Shown piece after piece: positions 31,891-32,000 of a stretch of 32,000 nucleotides of DNA. The stretch's first letter is position 1, and each line of letters starts with the position of its first letter. The notes below the pieces were generated by a model, which was not told the DNA's origin, did not search any database, and saw only the letters and a program-made list of their open reading frames with translations. The stretch spans positions 3,120,001-3,152,000 of the forward strand of contig OY969938.1 in assembly GCA_963704755.1 (NCBI GenBank), given 5' to 3'. Position numbers and translations under genes: made by a program. This DNA comes from an uncultured Chloroflexia bacterium. GTDB lineage: Bacteria; Chloroflexota; Anaerolineae; Anaerolineales; Anaerolineaceae.

Positions 31891-32000
31891 CGCATGTCTT
31901 CAGGCCAGTGTCCTTGCCCCCTTTCCCCGCTTCCCCCCAAATCAAAACCCGATTTGGAGGGAAGGGCCAAATTCCTCCCCTAAAATCCGCTCTTTGGATT

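Overview
This is a GC-rich bacterial chromosomal window. The gene set and repeat vocabulary look Chloroflexota/Anaerolineae-like, but that is a guess I cannot verify without a search. I count about 21 credible protein genes, mostly housekeeping or metabolic. They are: a LarA-family gene running off the left edge (missing from the ORF track), a PPDK_N-domain protein, a Tat-signal metallophosphoesterase, hutI, an HD phosphohydrolase, a stand-alone receiver protein, an OmpR-type RR/HK pair preceded by an odd membrane protein, an SLC13/TrkA-C permease, pfkA, dnaE with a long C-terminal extension, a 1314-aa membrane/PAS/GAF/HD-GYP protein, and a glucose dehydrogenase-GH15 pair. Accessory content is an AT-rich AbiEi/AbiEii module, a VapBC pair beside a decayed IS630-type transposase, and a second AT-rich islet with orphan small ORFs. 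I recognised no rRNA, tRNA, CRISPR array or intact mobile element. The most unusual content is non-coding. Three long spacers (9110-9887, 11232-12186, 14137-14472) share one layout: a left arm of head-to-tail degenerate 7-8-nt words, a unique core, and a right arm of the same words in reverse complement. These are giant imperfect palindromes that start exactly at gene ends. Solitary half-arms and a second dispersed hairpin repeat family also occur. I did not find a convincing new multi-gene protein system. The inverted short-word arrays and the AT-rich orphan islet are my best candidates for undescribed biology. All functional calls rest on motif recognition by eye, with no database search.
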